From positions 65,070-129,069 of the forward strand of contig CAYSEI010000003.1 in assembly GCA_964430265.1 (NCBI GenBank): a DNA stretch of 64,000 nucleotides, in the 5' to 3' direction. Positions 17,612-28,260 of this stretch are shown here, piece after piece. The position numbers were made by a program, and so were the translations under genes. Numbering within the stretch: the first letter of the stretch is position 1; each line of letters begins with the position of its first letter. The DNA is from an uncultured Pseudomonadales bacterium. GTDB taxonomy: Bacteria > Patescibacteriota > Microgenomatia > UBA1400 > CAYXSR01. The notes under the pieces are model-generated. The model had not been told where the DNA came from. It did not search any database and worked only from the letters and a program-made list of their open reading frames with translations.

Positions 17612-19579
17612 TTATTCCTTTTTTGGTGGTTTTGGTGGAGTTATTGATCCGCGAATATTACTCTCATTATTTTCTTTCTTCTCTATTTTTGGTTTAGGAG
17701 ATGTTTGGGGTATTGGAGAAGGTGAAGGGGGCGGGGTTGGTTTTGGAGAGGAAGATGAACTGGAAATTGAAGAACGAGGTTTTTTTTGAATATCATTGGG
17801 ATTGGAAGTTATTATTTTATGTTCTTCTTCTGATGCAACAACATTCATGGCAACGTGGTTTGCACCGGCAAAAAATATTCCGTGACCAACGTCAGCTGAC
17901 AAGAGTAGATTTTTTTCACCCTGTGAAAGATAAAAAGTTTTTGCTAGCAGATCAATTGCTGCAGGACTTTGTTTTAAAAGGATTTGAATTGAAGAGTTGG
18001 TAATAATTGCTTTTCCATGGTCGCTGTGTAAAAAGTCTTCAACGTCTTGTGTAATGGTTGTTAGACCCAGATTGTATTTTCTTGCACGTTTAGCAATACT
18101 GTAAAGAAAGTTTGCAGAGTCCTCATGTTGCATTAAGTACCATGCTTCATCAACGATTAAAATGCGCTTCTTGCGGTCACGTTTAATTTTTGTCCAAATG
18201 TAGTCCAAAATCATAAATATTGCTACCGGTCTTAGCTTATCTTCCAATTCCCGTGTTGAAAAAACAGTGAAAGGATTATTAAGTTTTACAGAGCTTTGCT
18301 GGTCAAAAACTCCGCGTAAAGAACCTTTAACAAATCGTTCCAGTTTAGCAGCCATTGTTTCTGACTCCTTTTTTTCCATCCCAACTAGAACCTTATAAAG
18401 ATCTTCCAATAATGGAGGTTGGTTGGAAAAGGTTGCAGGGTCTTGAGTAATACCTTTTTGCTTGTAGGTTAATACAAGTGCCTGGTCAAGAATGGCTTCT
18501 TCAGTGGGAGAAACTTCTCCCATAATAATTTTAAACAAGGCGTGTAAAGAAAGAATTTTTTGACTTAAAGCGCTTTCATTTTCTGATTCCATTCCGGATA
18601 AATCAAAAGGATTAATTTTTTGGGGAGAGTCAAGGGAGAAGTTAATATATTCGCCTCCCACAGACTCACAAAGGTCGCGGTATTCAGATTCCGGGTCAAT
18701 AACCAAAATTTCTGTTCCAAACATTAAGGAACGCAGAGCTTCAAGCTTAACCATGTAGCTTTTTCCGGCTCCCGACTTTGCCAAAACAAGCGTGTTTGCG
18801 TTTTCCAAAGAAAAGCGGTCAAATATTATTAATGATTCATTGTGTTCATTTATTCCGTATAAAATCCCTTTATTTGCTGTTAGTTGAGAAGAAGTAAAAG
18901 GAAAGGTTGTTGCTAATGAGGTTGTATCCATGTTTCTGGTAATGTTTAATTTGTCCTTGCAAGCTGGCAAAGTGCTTTTAAAAGCTTGTTCCATTTGCAA
19001 TGTGGCTGGTTTGGAAACTATCATTAAAGACCCAAGAGTTGACTGCATTTTTTGAGAGATAGAATTAAGGTCTTTTTTATTTTTTTCTGGTAGGGTTATA
19101 TACAAGCCCAACCTAAAGAACTTTTCTGAACCTTTGGCTAGTTGTTCCTGTAAAGAATGTGCGTCTTCCAATTTAACTTTGGTTTGAATATTGGCAATTC
19201 TGCCTCTTTCAAGATCTGTTTGAATCTCGGCTTCCATTTCTCCTATTTTTCTTTTTAGGTTTTCAAGAATACCTTTGCCCTCAATCGGATAAATAAACAT
19301 CGAGATATCCAAAGAATGGTCAAAGTTGATTAAAGGGGAAAGCCAATTTGCGTTAACAAATCTAGGATATCCAGCCACAAAGAAAGTTCGGAAAAAAGTG
19401 TTGGAAATTTTTAAATCATTAAAATCAACTTCAATAGCAGGGGGAGCAATAACGTCTTTTACTGAAACCATGCCTTCGGATAGTTTGTCAATTGTGGACT
19501 TTTTTTGCTCAGGTTTATTGTCTTTTTTTTCTTTTTTCTTTTTTGACAAAAATGGTAAGTCAAAAGGTAAGTCAACCAT
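17612..19579 (-). CDS. VirB4/TraC-like T4SS ATPase
   Basis: Walker A AKSGAGKS, VIDPESEY, INPFD, Walker B IVDEAW, KRARKY...TQD; likely ATG at 19579 overlapping the upstream stop. Confidence 0.93.
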   Translation of the reverse strand: MVDLPFDLPFLSKKKKEKKDNKPEQKKSTIDKLSEGMVSVKDVIAPPAIEVDFNDLKISNTFFRTFFVAGYPRFVNANWLSPLINFDHSLDISMFIYPIEGKGILENLKRKIGEMEAEIQTDLERGRIANIQTKVKLEDAHSLQEQLAKGSEKFFRLGLYITLPEKNKKDLNSISQKMQSTLGSLMIVSKPATLQMEQAFKSTLPACKDKLNITRNMDTTSLATTFPFTSSQLTANKGILYGINEHNESLIIFDRFSLENANTLVLAKSGAGKSYMVKLEALRSLMFGTEILVIDPESEYRDLCESVGGEYINFSLDSPQKINPFDLSGMESENESALSQKILSLHALFKIIMGEVSPTEEAILDQALVLTYKQKGITQDPATFSNQPPLLEDLYKVLVGMEKKESETMAAKLERFVKGSLRGVFDQQSSVKLNNPFTVFSTRELEDKLRPVAIFMILDYIWTKIKRDRKKRILIVDEAWYLMQHEDSANFLYSIAKRARKYNLGLTTITQDVEDFLHSDHGKAIITNSSIQILLKQSPAAIDLLAKTFYLSQGEKNLLLSADVGHGIFFAGANHVAMNVVASEEEHKIITSNPNDIQKKPRSSISSSSSSPKPTPPPSPSPIPQTSPKPKIEKKENNESNIRGSITPPKPPKKE

Positions 19580-20276
19580 TTTGTTTTTCCTGTTGTTTTT
19601 TAATTGCTGCTTGAACAAGAGAGCGAGTATAGTTTTCAGAAGATGTAAATTTTTGACCTTCACTTTCCGGATTGTATATTTGGTAAAAAAGACGGATCAG
19701 CTCTTTTGTTTCCAGTTGCCGGCTGTTTAGTCCGATTCGGGTTAATTGTTTTATCATATGATCTCTTTTAGGATATAGATTGTTTTTGGCTTTTTCCAGT
19801 ATATAGTCAATTGGATAAGGAAGTTTTTGAGATTTTTTAAATGAAGAACTGATTGAGCTGGCAACTCCCAACTCAGTGGTTGAAAAAGGAATAATAACAT
19901 AAAAGTTTTTATCCAATATTTCTCTGTTTTTAACAGTTTCTTCAATAAACGAGTAATATTTTTTTAACCATTCTTTAATTTGTCTTGGCTTTTTTTTATT
20001 TATTTCATTGTCTAAAAGTTTAAGATAAGAAGAAATATCTTTTTGCTGAGAACGAATAAAAACTTGAATTGTAAAAGAAAGAGAATTTAAAAGCTCTCCG
20101 TATGCATAAATTGTTGCGTCCTGCTCTTTTTCTGATAAAAGACCAAAGTTAACAGCTGTTGTTTGTAAAATAATACAGCAGGAACCGTCTTTAAAAATAA
20201 CGATGTTGTCTTTTACATCTTCAATATCGAGGTGTTCTTGTGTGCTTGCTCTGATTGGAGTTTGGGCAGGGTTCAT
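19572..20276 (-). CDS. VirB4-associated (TraC N-terminal-like) protein
   Basis: ASTQEHLDI, VNFGLLSEKEQ, LNSLSF, FYQIYNP; translationally coupled to virB4. Confidence 0.7.
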   Translation of the reverse strand: MNPAQTPIRASTQEHLDIEDVKDNIVIFKDGSCCIILQTTAVNFGLLSEKEQDATIYAYGELLNSLSFTIQVFIRSQQKDISSYLKLLDNEINKKKPRQIKEWLKKYYSFIEETVKNREILDKNFYVIIPFSTTELGVASSISSSFKKSQKLPYPIDYILEKAKNNLYPKRDHMIKQLTRIGLNSRQLETKELIRLFYQIYNPESEGQKFTSSENYTRSLVQAAIKKQQEKQNG

Positions 20277-20294
20277 TTTTTTATTTATATAATA

Positions 20295-21431
20295 TTAATA
20301 TAGCTCAATGTGCTCTTTTTTTCCTTCTTCTTTTATTTGTTTTTTCTTTTGAGCTTGTATACGTAATGGATCAATAATTTCTCCTTCTAACTCAAGAGTT
20401 ATTATATCAAATTCAAAGAGTTCATGTTCAGGAATTATTTTATAAGAACCGTTTTTTAATGGAGTGGCTGTATAAAATTGTCCCAGCTTGTTTGTTTTAA
20501 GCGCTCGGACAATATTGCCTTTTGAATCTTGAATTTCAATTAAAGCATTAGGGAGAATTTTGGATTCAGTGTCTAAAACCATGCCGACCAAAAGATTTGA
20601 AATGTCTGGTTTCTGTGGAATAGGCAGTTCCTTTTCAAATTCCGCTTCGGAAAACTTTTGGTCTTTTCTGCGGTTTTCTACTTTAAGAGGAGGTGTTAAA
20701 GGCTCTGCGGGTTTAACTTGTGGTTTCTTTTGAAATTTGGATTCGTGGTTGTTGATTAAAGGTTCTTCCCTGTCCTTTTTTATTTTAAGCGGTTTTTCCT
20801 TTTGTATTTCTACGGGCTTTTTTTGTACAAGAGATGTATAAACTGTTTGGTCTTTTTTCAGGTTTCTTTTGCTACTGAGCTTTCTTACTTTTACTTCAGG
20901 CTTTTGTTGTTTTTCTGTTTCTGGCTGAGTTTGTGGTCTTTTTTGTATTGAAACTTTTTGCGGTTGAATATTTTGTAAAAGATTGTTTATTCTGGCTAAT
21001 TGTTGGTCCTCTTCTCCGGCCCCGGCTTGTGCATCAGGAAGTGTTTTTAAAAAGCTTTGCAGATCTTTTGTTTGTTTTTTGTTTTTATCTTCTTTTATAT
21101 TTATTTTTTTATGATAGGTGAATTCAAAAGCGGGGGGAGTAATTGATTTCTTTTTCCAAATAAATTGTGTAGGATGGGTAATTGATTTGATAAAGTTTTT
21201 AAACCAAACGTCTAAAGGTCTTTCCTCTACCGGAAAAAAAGCCATGGCTATACCTGTAAACGCAGAGAGCACTATTAAAGGAATACGGAAAAATGAATGG
21301 ATGGGAAGAATATAAAAAAAGACGGCCACGGCAATGCCGCCGGCAAGTTCAAAAAACTGTTTTAAAGTCATGTCTCCAACCAAGCGGAACTCGTAAGAAG
21401 CAATATCTTGTGGAATTGGGTGTTGTTTCAT
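20295..21431 (-). CDS. PrgI (VirB3-like) membrane protein with C-terminal beta-sandwich domain
   Basis: QHPIPQD...FRLVGDMTLKQF, two TMs, ERPLD.W; C-terminal GMVLD...TNKLGQF. Confidence 0.8.
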   Translation of the reverse strand: MKQHPIPQDIASYEFRLVGDMTLKQFFELAGGIAVAVFFYILPIHSFFRIPLIVLSAFTGIAMAFFPVEERPLDVWFKNFIKSITHPTQFIWKKKSITPPAFEFTYHKKINIKEDKNKKQTKDLQSFLKTLPDAQAGAGEEDQQLARINNLLQNIQPQKVSIQKRPQTQPETEKQQKPEVKVRKLSSKRNLKKDQTVYTSLVQKKPVEIQKEKPLKIKKDREEPLINNHESKFQKKPQVKPAEPLTPPLKVENRRKDQKFSEAEFEKELPIPQKPDISNLLVGMVLDTESKILPNALIEIQDSKGNIVRALKTNKLGQFYTATPLKNGSYKIIPEHELFEFDIITLELEGEIIDPLRIQAQKKKQIKEEGKKEHIELY

Positions 21432-21482
21432 ATATGATTAAGTATACAAGATAAAATTAATTCTTAAAAGGAGTTTTTTTCT

Positions 21483-22133
21483 TTACGGATTAAAAGTGTA
21501 TTCTATTTTGTAAGCAGAGGTATCAATACCAATTTCTTCCAATTTTTGCGGAGCTTCTGTTTTTATTTTTTCAATTTGCTCGTTCCTTGATAAAGGTGAG
21601 GTAATATCAATTTTCATTAAAACCCGGAATTGATCTTTAGAACCAAGATACTGAATCTTGTAGTTGTTTGTCTTTATTGGCATATTTGCAATCCATGGTT
21701 TTTCTTTCAGATTTTTTTGCAGTACTTCTCCTGCTGGATCGTCAAGGGTTGGTTTTGCAGTTTTAAAACTCCATTGATAAACTATATTTTGATTGTAGTA
21801 GACATCTATTTTATACTCAGTGCCTTCTTTAAAGTAATTAATTGGGGCGGCTTTCAAAGTTTGTTGATCCAGCCATTTCTTAAGCAGTTGAATTGATGGG
21901 GTGATTTGTATAGAGACTTTGTCTTGTTGTTCGCTGGTCAATTGTTTATGTAATGTAACCAAAATTGGTGTTTCTAGTTTTTCCAAAGTTGAATTTGCAG
22001 CCGGTTGTACTTCTTTTATTTGTGGTTTTTCTTCTATTAACTGATTGACAATTATTAATCCTAGAACTATAAGGGCAAGACTGGTTAAGAGCACGTATTT
22101 GGCTGGTGTTTTTTTAAATATATTTAATCGCAT
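21483..22133 (-). CDS. Membrane-anchored protein with Ig-like domain
   Basis: N-terminal TM; V.PA.NS...WLD..TL..P....GTEY....WSFKT pattern. Confidence 0.55.
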   Translation of the reverse strand: MRLNIFKKTPAKYVLLTSLALIVLGLIIVNQLIEEKPQIKEVQPAANSTLEKLETPILVTLHKQLTSEQQDKVSIQITPSIQLLKKWLDQQTLKAAPINYFKEGTEYKIDVYYNQNIVYQWSFKTAKPTLDDPAGEVLQKNLKEKPWIANMPIKTNNYKIQYLGSKDQFRVLMKIDITSPLSRNEQIEKIKTEAPQKLEEIGIDTSAYKIEYTFNP

Positions 22134-25100
22134 AGGTGTACAATTGAATTAATTTCCAGTCCGGAATGAGTATCAAACCGGCCGTTTACAAAAGGATAAT
22201 GCTGTCTGTTTTTAGTACCAATGTTTGCTTCACAAGAAACCACTTCATCAGGATGAACTTCGCAAACCAAGCCAACATGGCAGAATCTGCACAAGCCAGT
22301 TGCACGGCGGACATCAAATAGTATCATGTCGCCTTCAGAAACTTCAGAAATATCGACATTTCCATTATTTTTAATTAGTTTTCCTCTATCTTCCCAATTC
22401 TGACTCCAGGGTCCAGGATTCCTGCCGGTAGCGCAAATATCGTCTGCGTCAGGATGTCCAGCTTCACGGTATGAAATACAAACTAAAGAATTACACCAGA
22501 CGCATTCACCTCGGGTGGTTGAATAGTTGTAGTAGTCGCTCCAGTCTGGGCCGCTTACACTACATTCTGGATGGTTCTTTTCCAGGCTATCTCTGATATT
22601 TTCTGCTATTTCTACAATGTCGTTGCAGTTGCCGTTGATAATAACAGAATCAGATCTGGTAATGCTTTCTCCTTCATATTCTGCAGTTGCTGTGACAGTG
22701 TTTCTGATTTTAGTATTGCTGGTTGTACCTGGTTTAGTTGTTGCTGTATAAGTTATTGTTAAACTGTTTCCTGTTTTGGAAAAGTCAAAATCCTCCCAGA
22801 AAAGAGTGTTTCCGTTTATGTTTGTTGGCTGTGGAGAAATAGAATTGGTATTGATATTTAAACTTTGTTCATCAAACGTGTCTTTAATTACTACATTTTG
22901 CACGTCATCAACTGAAGCGGAAATGTCAATAGTGTAAGTGATTGTTTCCCCGCCGCTGTTTACGGTTTTGGGACTAGATTGTTTGTTTACCTTTAAGTAT
23001 TTCTGTGTGCTTGGACCTGGTCCTCCGACGCCAAAATAGGGAACGTATGTAGAAGCATAAATAGTCATTACCAGCATTGCAAGACTGCTTAAACCAACAC
23101 CTGCTCCTACCATAGGGGTTACAATTTCCGCGCTGGAAACTCCAGTATTAACAACTTGATTAGCTGCTTTTGCTGCTGCATTTTTTGCTCCTTTAAACAT
23201 TCCAGTGATTCCGTTCCATATTTTCCCGCCAAATTTAATAATTGTAGCGGCAGCAGTGACAATAGGTACAATAATTGTCAAAGCAGGTAAAATAAAGTTC
23301 ATAAAAAAGAGAGCTATTGGTAGAAAAGGTAAAAGAATTTTAATTGCTTTTTTAACATCTTCGGGAAGCTTGTCCCAGGAGTGTTTTTTAATGAATCCGA
23401 TTGTATGTTTACCAATAAACTTAATTAGGCGGTAGCCTACTTCAAAAACGAGGGTGCCAATAATCCAGCCTATTGCTTGTCCTACCACAGGAATTGGAAT
23501 TACAGATCCGATTGCAGCTCCAATCGTTCCTCCAAGTCCTTCAACAGCAGCATAGCGTAGTAAAGACTTGAAACCTTCTTTTAAAAGTTTATCGGCTGCC
23601 TTTTCTAAACCTTTTTCCAGAAGCTTTTTAGCAACTTTTTTTCGTGCCCAATGCGAAACTTTATTTTTTACTGTTTTGCCAATTTTACCCGGCATCCATT
23701 TTCTTACTTTTTTGCGTGTTTTATTTAGTTTAGGATGTTTATCTAAAAATTTTGCTACTTTGACTCTTGTTTTGTAGCGCGGAGTTAAAAGCCAGCCGAC
23801 AGGTCTTTTTTTAATTTCTTCAACAACCTTATCTTGAACTTTAAATTTAATTTCGTAATATTTGTCAGTGACATACTGTTTTCCAAATACAAGCGGACGG
23901 AAGGGGTTGAGTTTGTTTGCTTGGTCAACAAAGGTGTAGCGCATATTATTAATGTGGGCGCGGACTTGTAAGGTTTTAAACAGGTTTCTGGTAAATAATT
24001 GACCGGAAAAATCCTGCGGAGTGATGTTTTCAAGTTTTTCCAGTTGGTCTGCAAATTCAAGTATTTTAGTAACTCTAGGATCCAAAGGGTTGAGTTGTTC
24101 AGTCAGTTTTATTCCTGCAAACTGATATCCTCTTTGAAGTGAAGTCGCCAAGTCGCGCAAAGTCTGTGCGTTGTGTCCTTTTAAAAACGCATGCAAAGCA
24201 AGATAATCAACGTCAATTTTTTCTGCCAAAACAAGAATTTGCGCGTCTGTTAATTTTCCCGGCTTTGAAAGAAAACTAACAGCATAGTCCTTTACTAGCT
24301 GTGGATCTGAAGATAAAAGGGCTTGTGAAATTGTTAGACCGGGAAGGCTTTCTCCAGATTCAAGCGCTTGGAAGTGAAATTCAAGAAATTCTTTTGTTTG
24401 AGGTTCAATTTTTTCGGAAAGTTCGCTTGCTGCACGGGAAATAACTTGGTCGTCAACTTTAAGAAGAGAAGAGGGAATATCATAGTCTGCTTTTCTGATA
24501 AAATCCTGACGGGCATTATTAATTATAACTTCTAGATTTTCGCGAGTTGTTTTGTGAATATTGTTTTCAATTTGGGTTTGTAAAAGACTGTCTTGCTGGT
24601 ATTGTTCCCAGAGGTTATGTTCAAGTCTGTTTATCTGAATTCCGGTTCTTTGTGAGATTATTTCTTCATTTTCTGTAGCATAATCTTGTAAGTGGTCAGC
24701 AAATTGAGATTGATAAATCTGTTTTTGTGTTGGTGTTTCTTCTTCAGAAAGGCTGGGTTTAATTTTTTCTGCAATTGTTTTTACTTTTTCCTGATAAACC
24801 CTAACGAATTCCTTTTCAATTCTGTTTCTCTTAGGTGGGGGTGCAACTATGGTTTTAAGATTTTCTTTCTTTGTTGTTTTAGTTTGGTGTTGGTCCCACT
24901 CTTTTTTTTGTTCAAAAACTTGTTCTTGATTAAAGTTCTGGAAATCTTGTCTATTTAAGGTCTGTGTAATTGTTTGTGATAGAAGTTTTTTTCCCTCGCT
25001 ATGCATGAAATATGCTTGGTTTGGATCTTGAATCTGGTTCAGCCTATTTATTGTGTTTTTTTGCGCTTTTTGCAGAGCTGCTTGGTGGGCTTGTTGAGCA

Positions 25101-25813
25101 GATATTCCAGGTTGTTGAATCTGTTTTTCAAATTCTTGGGTATATTCATTAAGAGCTGTTTCAGATATTAGAGTTGTATAGGATTGGCGGATTTTTTTTC
25201 TTGTTTGCAGGGTAATGACATCTTCTTGTTTTTGCAGCACCTCTTTTCCGGTTGTAGGGGTTCCGGTTGGTTTTTTTGCTTCCGCTTGTGCTTTTTTTTG
25301 ATTAAGGTTTTCATATATTTGGTCAAAGTAGGAATCAGTTGCTGTTTGGAGGTCTTTTTTTGTTTGTGCGTATGGATTAGCTGTGACTTTAAACCAATTT
25401 TCAATGTTGTTTTGTTCAGCCGTGTCAATCGTTCTTCTTACTACACTACGAATATCTGCTTGTTGTTGCGGGTTTTCTTTATCCAGTTGTTCCAAATAGT
25501 TTTCAAGTATTTCCTTGGGTGGCAGCTTGCCGGTTTCTTCAACAATTTCTGTTTGGTGAAAGGCAATAAAAGCATAAAGGGATTGCTTTAAAATATTTAA
25601 ATTATTAAGCGGATTTTGGGTTAAAACACTAAATTTATTTGCAGATACGTTTTCTCGAAAAATGTTGTTTAGAAATGTTTGGTACTGAGGGTTTTTAATG
25701 TATTCAAGTATTTGTTGACGGGCATTCGGGTTTCCTGTTTCCTGAAAGTCTGCAATTACAGAAAGGATTTGGTTTGTTTTTTGGACTAACTCTTGCGAAA
25801 CTGTTTCGGCCAT
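22124..25813 (-). CDS. Large membrane protein: Q/E-rich helical region, Gly-zipper TMs, DUF11 Ig domain, C-terminal CHAP/NlpC-P60-like hydrolase
   Basis: GGTIGAAIG..GQAIG; GETITYTI...IKDT...IRNTVTA; WCNSLV, GDMILF, HVGLV, EAN. Confidence 0.75.
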   Translation of the reverse strand: MAETVSQELVQKTNQILSVIADFQETGNPNARQQILEYIKNPQYQTFLNNIFRENVSANKFSVLTQNPLNNLNILKQSLYAFIAFHQTEIVEETGKLPPKEILENYLEQLDKENPQQQADIRSVVRRTIDTAEQNNIENWFKVTANPYAQTKKDLQTATDSYFDQIYENLNQKKAQAEAKKPTGTPTTGKEVLQKQEDVITLQTRKKIRQSYTTLISETALNEYTQEFEKQIQQPGISAQQAHQAALQKAQKNTINRLNQIQDPNQAYFMHSEGKKLLSQTITQTLNRQDFQNFNQEQVFEQKKEWDQHQTKTTKKENLKTIVAPPPKRNRIEKEFVRVYQEKVKTIAEKIKPSLSEEETPTQKQIYQSQFADHLQDYATENEEIISQRTGIQINRLEHNLWEQYQQDSLLQTQIENNIHKTTRENLEVIINNARQDFIRKADYDIPSSLLKVDDQVISRAASELSEKIEPQTKEFLEFHFQALESGESLPGLTISQALLSSDPQLVKDYAVSFLSKPGKLTDAQILVLAEKIDVDYLALHAFLKGHNAQTLRDLATSLQRGYQFAGIKLTEQLNPLDPRVTKILEFADQLEKLENITPQDFSGQLFTRNLFKTLQVRAHINNMRYTFVDQANKLNPFRPLVFGKQYVTDKYYEIKFKVQDKVVEEIKKRPVGWLLTPRYKTRVKVAKFLDKHPKLNKTRKKVRKWMPGKIGKTVKNKVSHWARKKVAKKLLEKGLEKAADKLLKEGFKSLLRYAAVEGLGGTIGAAIGSVIPIPVVGQAIGWIIGTLVFEVGYRLIKFIGKHTIGFIKKHSWDKLPEDVKKAIKILLPFLPIALFFMNFILPALTIIVPIVTAAATIIKFGGKIWNGITGMFKGAKNAAAKAANQVVNTGVSSAEIVTPMVGAGVGLSSLAMLVMTIYASTYVPYFGVGGPGPSTQKYLKVNKQSSPKTVNSGGETITYTIDISASVDDVQNVVIKDTFDEQSLNINTNSISPQPTNINGNTLFWEDFDFSKTGNSLTITYTATTKPGTTSNTKIRNTVTATAEYEGESITRSDSVIINGNCNDIVEIAENIRDSLEKNHPECSVSGPDWSDYYNYSTTRGECVWCNSLVCISYREAGHPDADDICATGRNPGPWSQNWEDRGKLIKNNGNVDISEVSEGDMILFDVRRATGLCRFCHVGLVCEVHPDEVVSCEANIGTKNRQHYPFVNGRFDTHSGLEINSIVHLCD

Positions 25814-25859
25814 TTGTTATATATGATATCAGAAAGAGGATTTTTTCGTAATTGCCAAT

Positions 25860-26612
25860 CTATTGCTTAATTTTTTCTAAAACTCTTCTTCCCAATATTT
25901 TTTGGGAAATAATTGTTAAGATTTTGGCTAACAATAAAAAAACAATGTCAATGCTAATGGTTGCTAACAAAGAATAGTTTAGGCTTTGTAAGATATTTAA
26001 AAAGAAGTCGCGTGTTTGTTGATTTAAGCTTACTTTGATTGTTATGCCCCCGATTTGTAAAGCAACTACCAGGATAATTAATAAAACAATGGGATAAATT
26101 GCTTGCTCCAGGTCTTTTTTTGAAGAAAACATGGTGTTGGAAACAACAAAAAGGGCATAGCTTGACAAGCCAAAAAGTAAATAATACTGCCAGTTGTTAT
26201 TTAAAAATAAAGAAGGATTTTTAATTATTGGTAGAATTTGCAAGTAAAAAAGGACGCTAATGAGTACTAATCCAAGAAAAATTGGAGACACTCCAATAAT
26301 GGTTCTTCTTATTGGATCGGATTTGGCTATTTTAATCCCGCCAATTCTTATTTCATTACTGTTTTCTTTTTTCTGCGGCATAAAATTAAACTCTCCGGTT
26401 CTTACTCCAAGAATTTCAGCAACTAACATGTGGGAGACTTCATGAATTACAGTACCGGGAAGCAGAAGAACTGCCATTAAGGAAATGCTTAGTTGTTTGC
26501 TTTTGGTTAATAAGTAAAAAAACAAATAGAGTTTTTTCTGGTAGTTAGTTGATACAAGATAAAGAACAAAAAGTTGCAGGATGAATAAAAAAAACCAGAT
26601 AAGTAAGCTCAT
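25860..26612 (-). CDS. Membrane metalloprotease, M50-like
   Basis: LLPGTVIHEVSH (HExxH), IGVSP, SNTMFSSKKD; multi-TM. Confidence 0.75.
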   Translation of the reverse strand: MSLLIWFFLFILQLFVLYLVSTNYQKKLYLFFYLLTKSKQLSISLMAVLLLPGTVIHEVSHMLVAEILGVRTGEFNFMPQKKENSNEIRIGGIKIAKSDPIRRTIIGVSPIFLGLVLISVLFYLQILPIIKNPSLFLNNNWQYYLLFGLSSYALFVVSNTMFSSKKDLEQAIYPIVLLIILVVALQIGGITIKVSLNQQTRDFFLNILQSLNYSLLATISIDIVFLLLAKILTIISQKILGRRVLEKIKQ

Positions 26613-26630
26613 AAATCTAATTATACAAAA

Positions 26631-27806
26631 CTATTTTTCATATATGAAATAAAAAGCAAAAGCTGTTAGTAAAAGTCCTTGCTGTAAAGTGTAAAAATAA
26701 TGATCAAACAAAGATAGTAAAAGCCAGCTTAGCAAATATATTAAAACAAAAGGATTTTTTTCCACTTTTAAAAAGGCTCTTTTAAATGATTTTGTAAGAA
26801 AACAAATAAAAATTATCAGTCCTGTAACTCCCATTTCCGAAGATAACAATAAAAAGAAATTATGTACGGGCTGAAAAAAATTAATATTTGCTGGACGCAA
26901 ATAATTAGGCAGTATAACCAAAAAATTATTTAATCCTGCACCAAATAAAATATTATCCTTTATTATTTGAAAAGAAGCCTTTATAAGAGTTAGGCGTTTA
27001 TAAAAAGAATCTAAAATTGTTTCTGATAAATAATCGTAAAAAGCTATTGCAATTCCCACAAATACAGCTGCAAACACTAAGCCAATCTTTTTGTTTTTAT
27101 TAAATATATAAAAAACCAAAACTAAAAAAGACAAGAAAATTGCCGGCAAAGAAAAAGTTAAAACTAAAGCTGTTTCAATAATAAACAATATAAACCACTG
27201 CCATAATTTTTTAAGTCTTTTAATATTTAAAGCAAGTGTAAAAGCCAAAAAAGCAGCTAAAATGTTGGAGTGGGGAAATGTTCCCATAGAAACTGCTCTT
27301 AAAGCGCCATTGGGAAGAATAATTTTTTTAATATCAGGTGAATTTATTGTGAATGGTTGTTCACCAAAAGGTACATAAGAAAGAACAGAACCGCCTTTTA
27401 AAAACTGTGCGATTGCCAAAAGTGATTGAGCTAAAGCAGAAAAAAATAGTATTTGTACAATTTTTTTTTGCTTAATCTTTTTAGTTCTTAAATAATAAAA
27501 AAGTAGGATAATTTCAGAAAACTTTAGTGCTTTATAAAATGCAATTCCTTTTCTTTGGGCAAATAAAATAAAGAAAAAAGGAAGGATAGTAAACAAAACT
27601 TTTTTTGGGTCTTTAAATATTTTTTTAAAACTGGAAAAATTAAGAATAAAAAGAAAAAAGATTAAGATATCAGTTAAATATATAGTAGGAATTAAATAGT
27701 CCTGATATATTCCCAAAACCAAAGCAGAAGAATTTTTAAAGTGCAAAGCTAAGTTGGAAGGAAGAAAAAAAATAAGTAGGTATAAAACAACAGTTTTAAA
27801 TTTCAT
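26631..27806 (-). CDS. O-antigen ligase (Wzy_C)-family oligosaccharyltransferase
   Basis: About 12 TMs; GTFPHSN, R.......I..N..FGAGLNNF, PVHN..LL..SE.G. Confidence 0.88.
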   Translation of the reverse strand: MKFKTVVLYLLIFFLPSNLALHFKNSSALVLGIYQDYLIPTIYLTDILIFFLFILNFSSFKKIFKDPKKVLFTILPFFFILFAQRKGIAFYKALKFSEIILLFYYLRTKKIKQKKIVQILFFSALAQSLLAIAQFLKGGSVLSYVPFGEQPFTINSPDIKKIILPNGALRAVSMGTFPHSNILAAFLAFTLALNIKRLKKLWQWFILFIIETALVLTFSLPAIFLSFLVLVFYIFNKNKKIGLVFAAVFVGIAIAFYDYLSETILDSFYKRLTLIKASFQIIKDNILFGAGLNNFLVILPNYLRPANINFFQPVHNFFLLLSSEMGVTGLIIFICFLTKSFKRAFLKVEKNPFVLIYLLSWLLLSLFDHYFYTLQQGLLLTAFAFYFIYEK

Positions 27807-27901
27807 TAAGTAAAGTTTAACATAAAGAGTAAGTCTGTTGAATTTTAAAATGAATCCTTATAATATTTCTAATATATTATTTAATTTTTAGAAAGGTTTA
27901 A

Positions 27902-28255
27902 ATGGCAGAAACAAATGCAGAAATTAATTTAAAAAAAGAAGTAGCTCAAACTGATGGATCAGAAAATATTCAAATTGAAAACAAGACTTATTCACGAGAA
28001 GAGGTTGCAGAAATGGCAGAAGAAATGTGGGAGAGTCATATTGATTCCCATCCTTCTTTAAAGAAAATTGTTAAGAGAATAGAAGAACTTGACGAAGGGT
28101 CAAAGTTAGCACTTTTACTTCTTAAAAGAGGACATTTTGACCGAGCAATTGTTGAAGGTGCGGGCCCATATGTAACTGTTGCAGCTAATGAGGTTTTGCC
28201 TTCCTTAAACAATAGAATAGATGAATTAATGCAAGTAGGGAGAGAAGATTTATAA
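27902..28255 (+). CDS. Hypothetical acidic protein
   Basis: Clean 117-aa ORF between divergent and convergent genes; AAAGG upstream. Confidence 0.7.
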   Translation: MAETNAEINLKKEVAQTDGSENIQIENKTYSREEVAEMAEEMWESHIDSHPSLKKIVKRIEELDEGSKLALLLLKRGHFDRAIVEGAGPYVTVAANEVLPSLNNRIDELMQVGREDL

Positions 28256-28260
28256 GAGTC

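Noticed and set aside
19580-19663. N-terminal extension of VirB4 in the ORF track
   Set aside because: Overlaps the upstream gene; ATG at 19579 gives normal translational coupling
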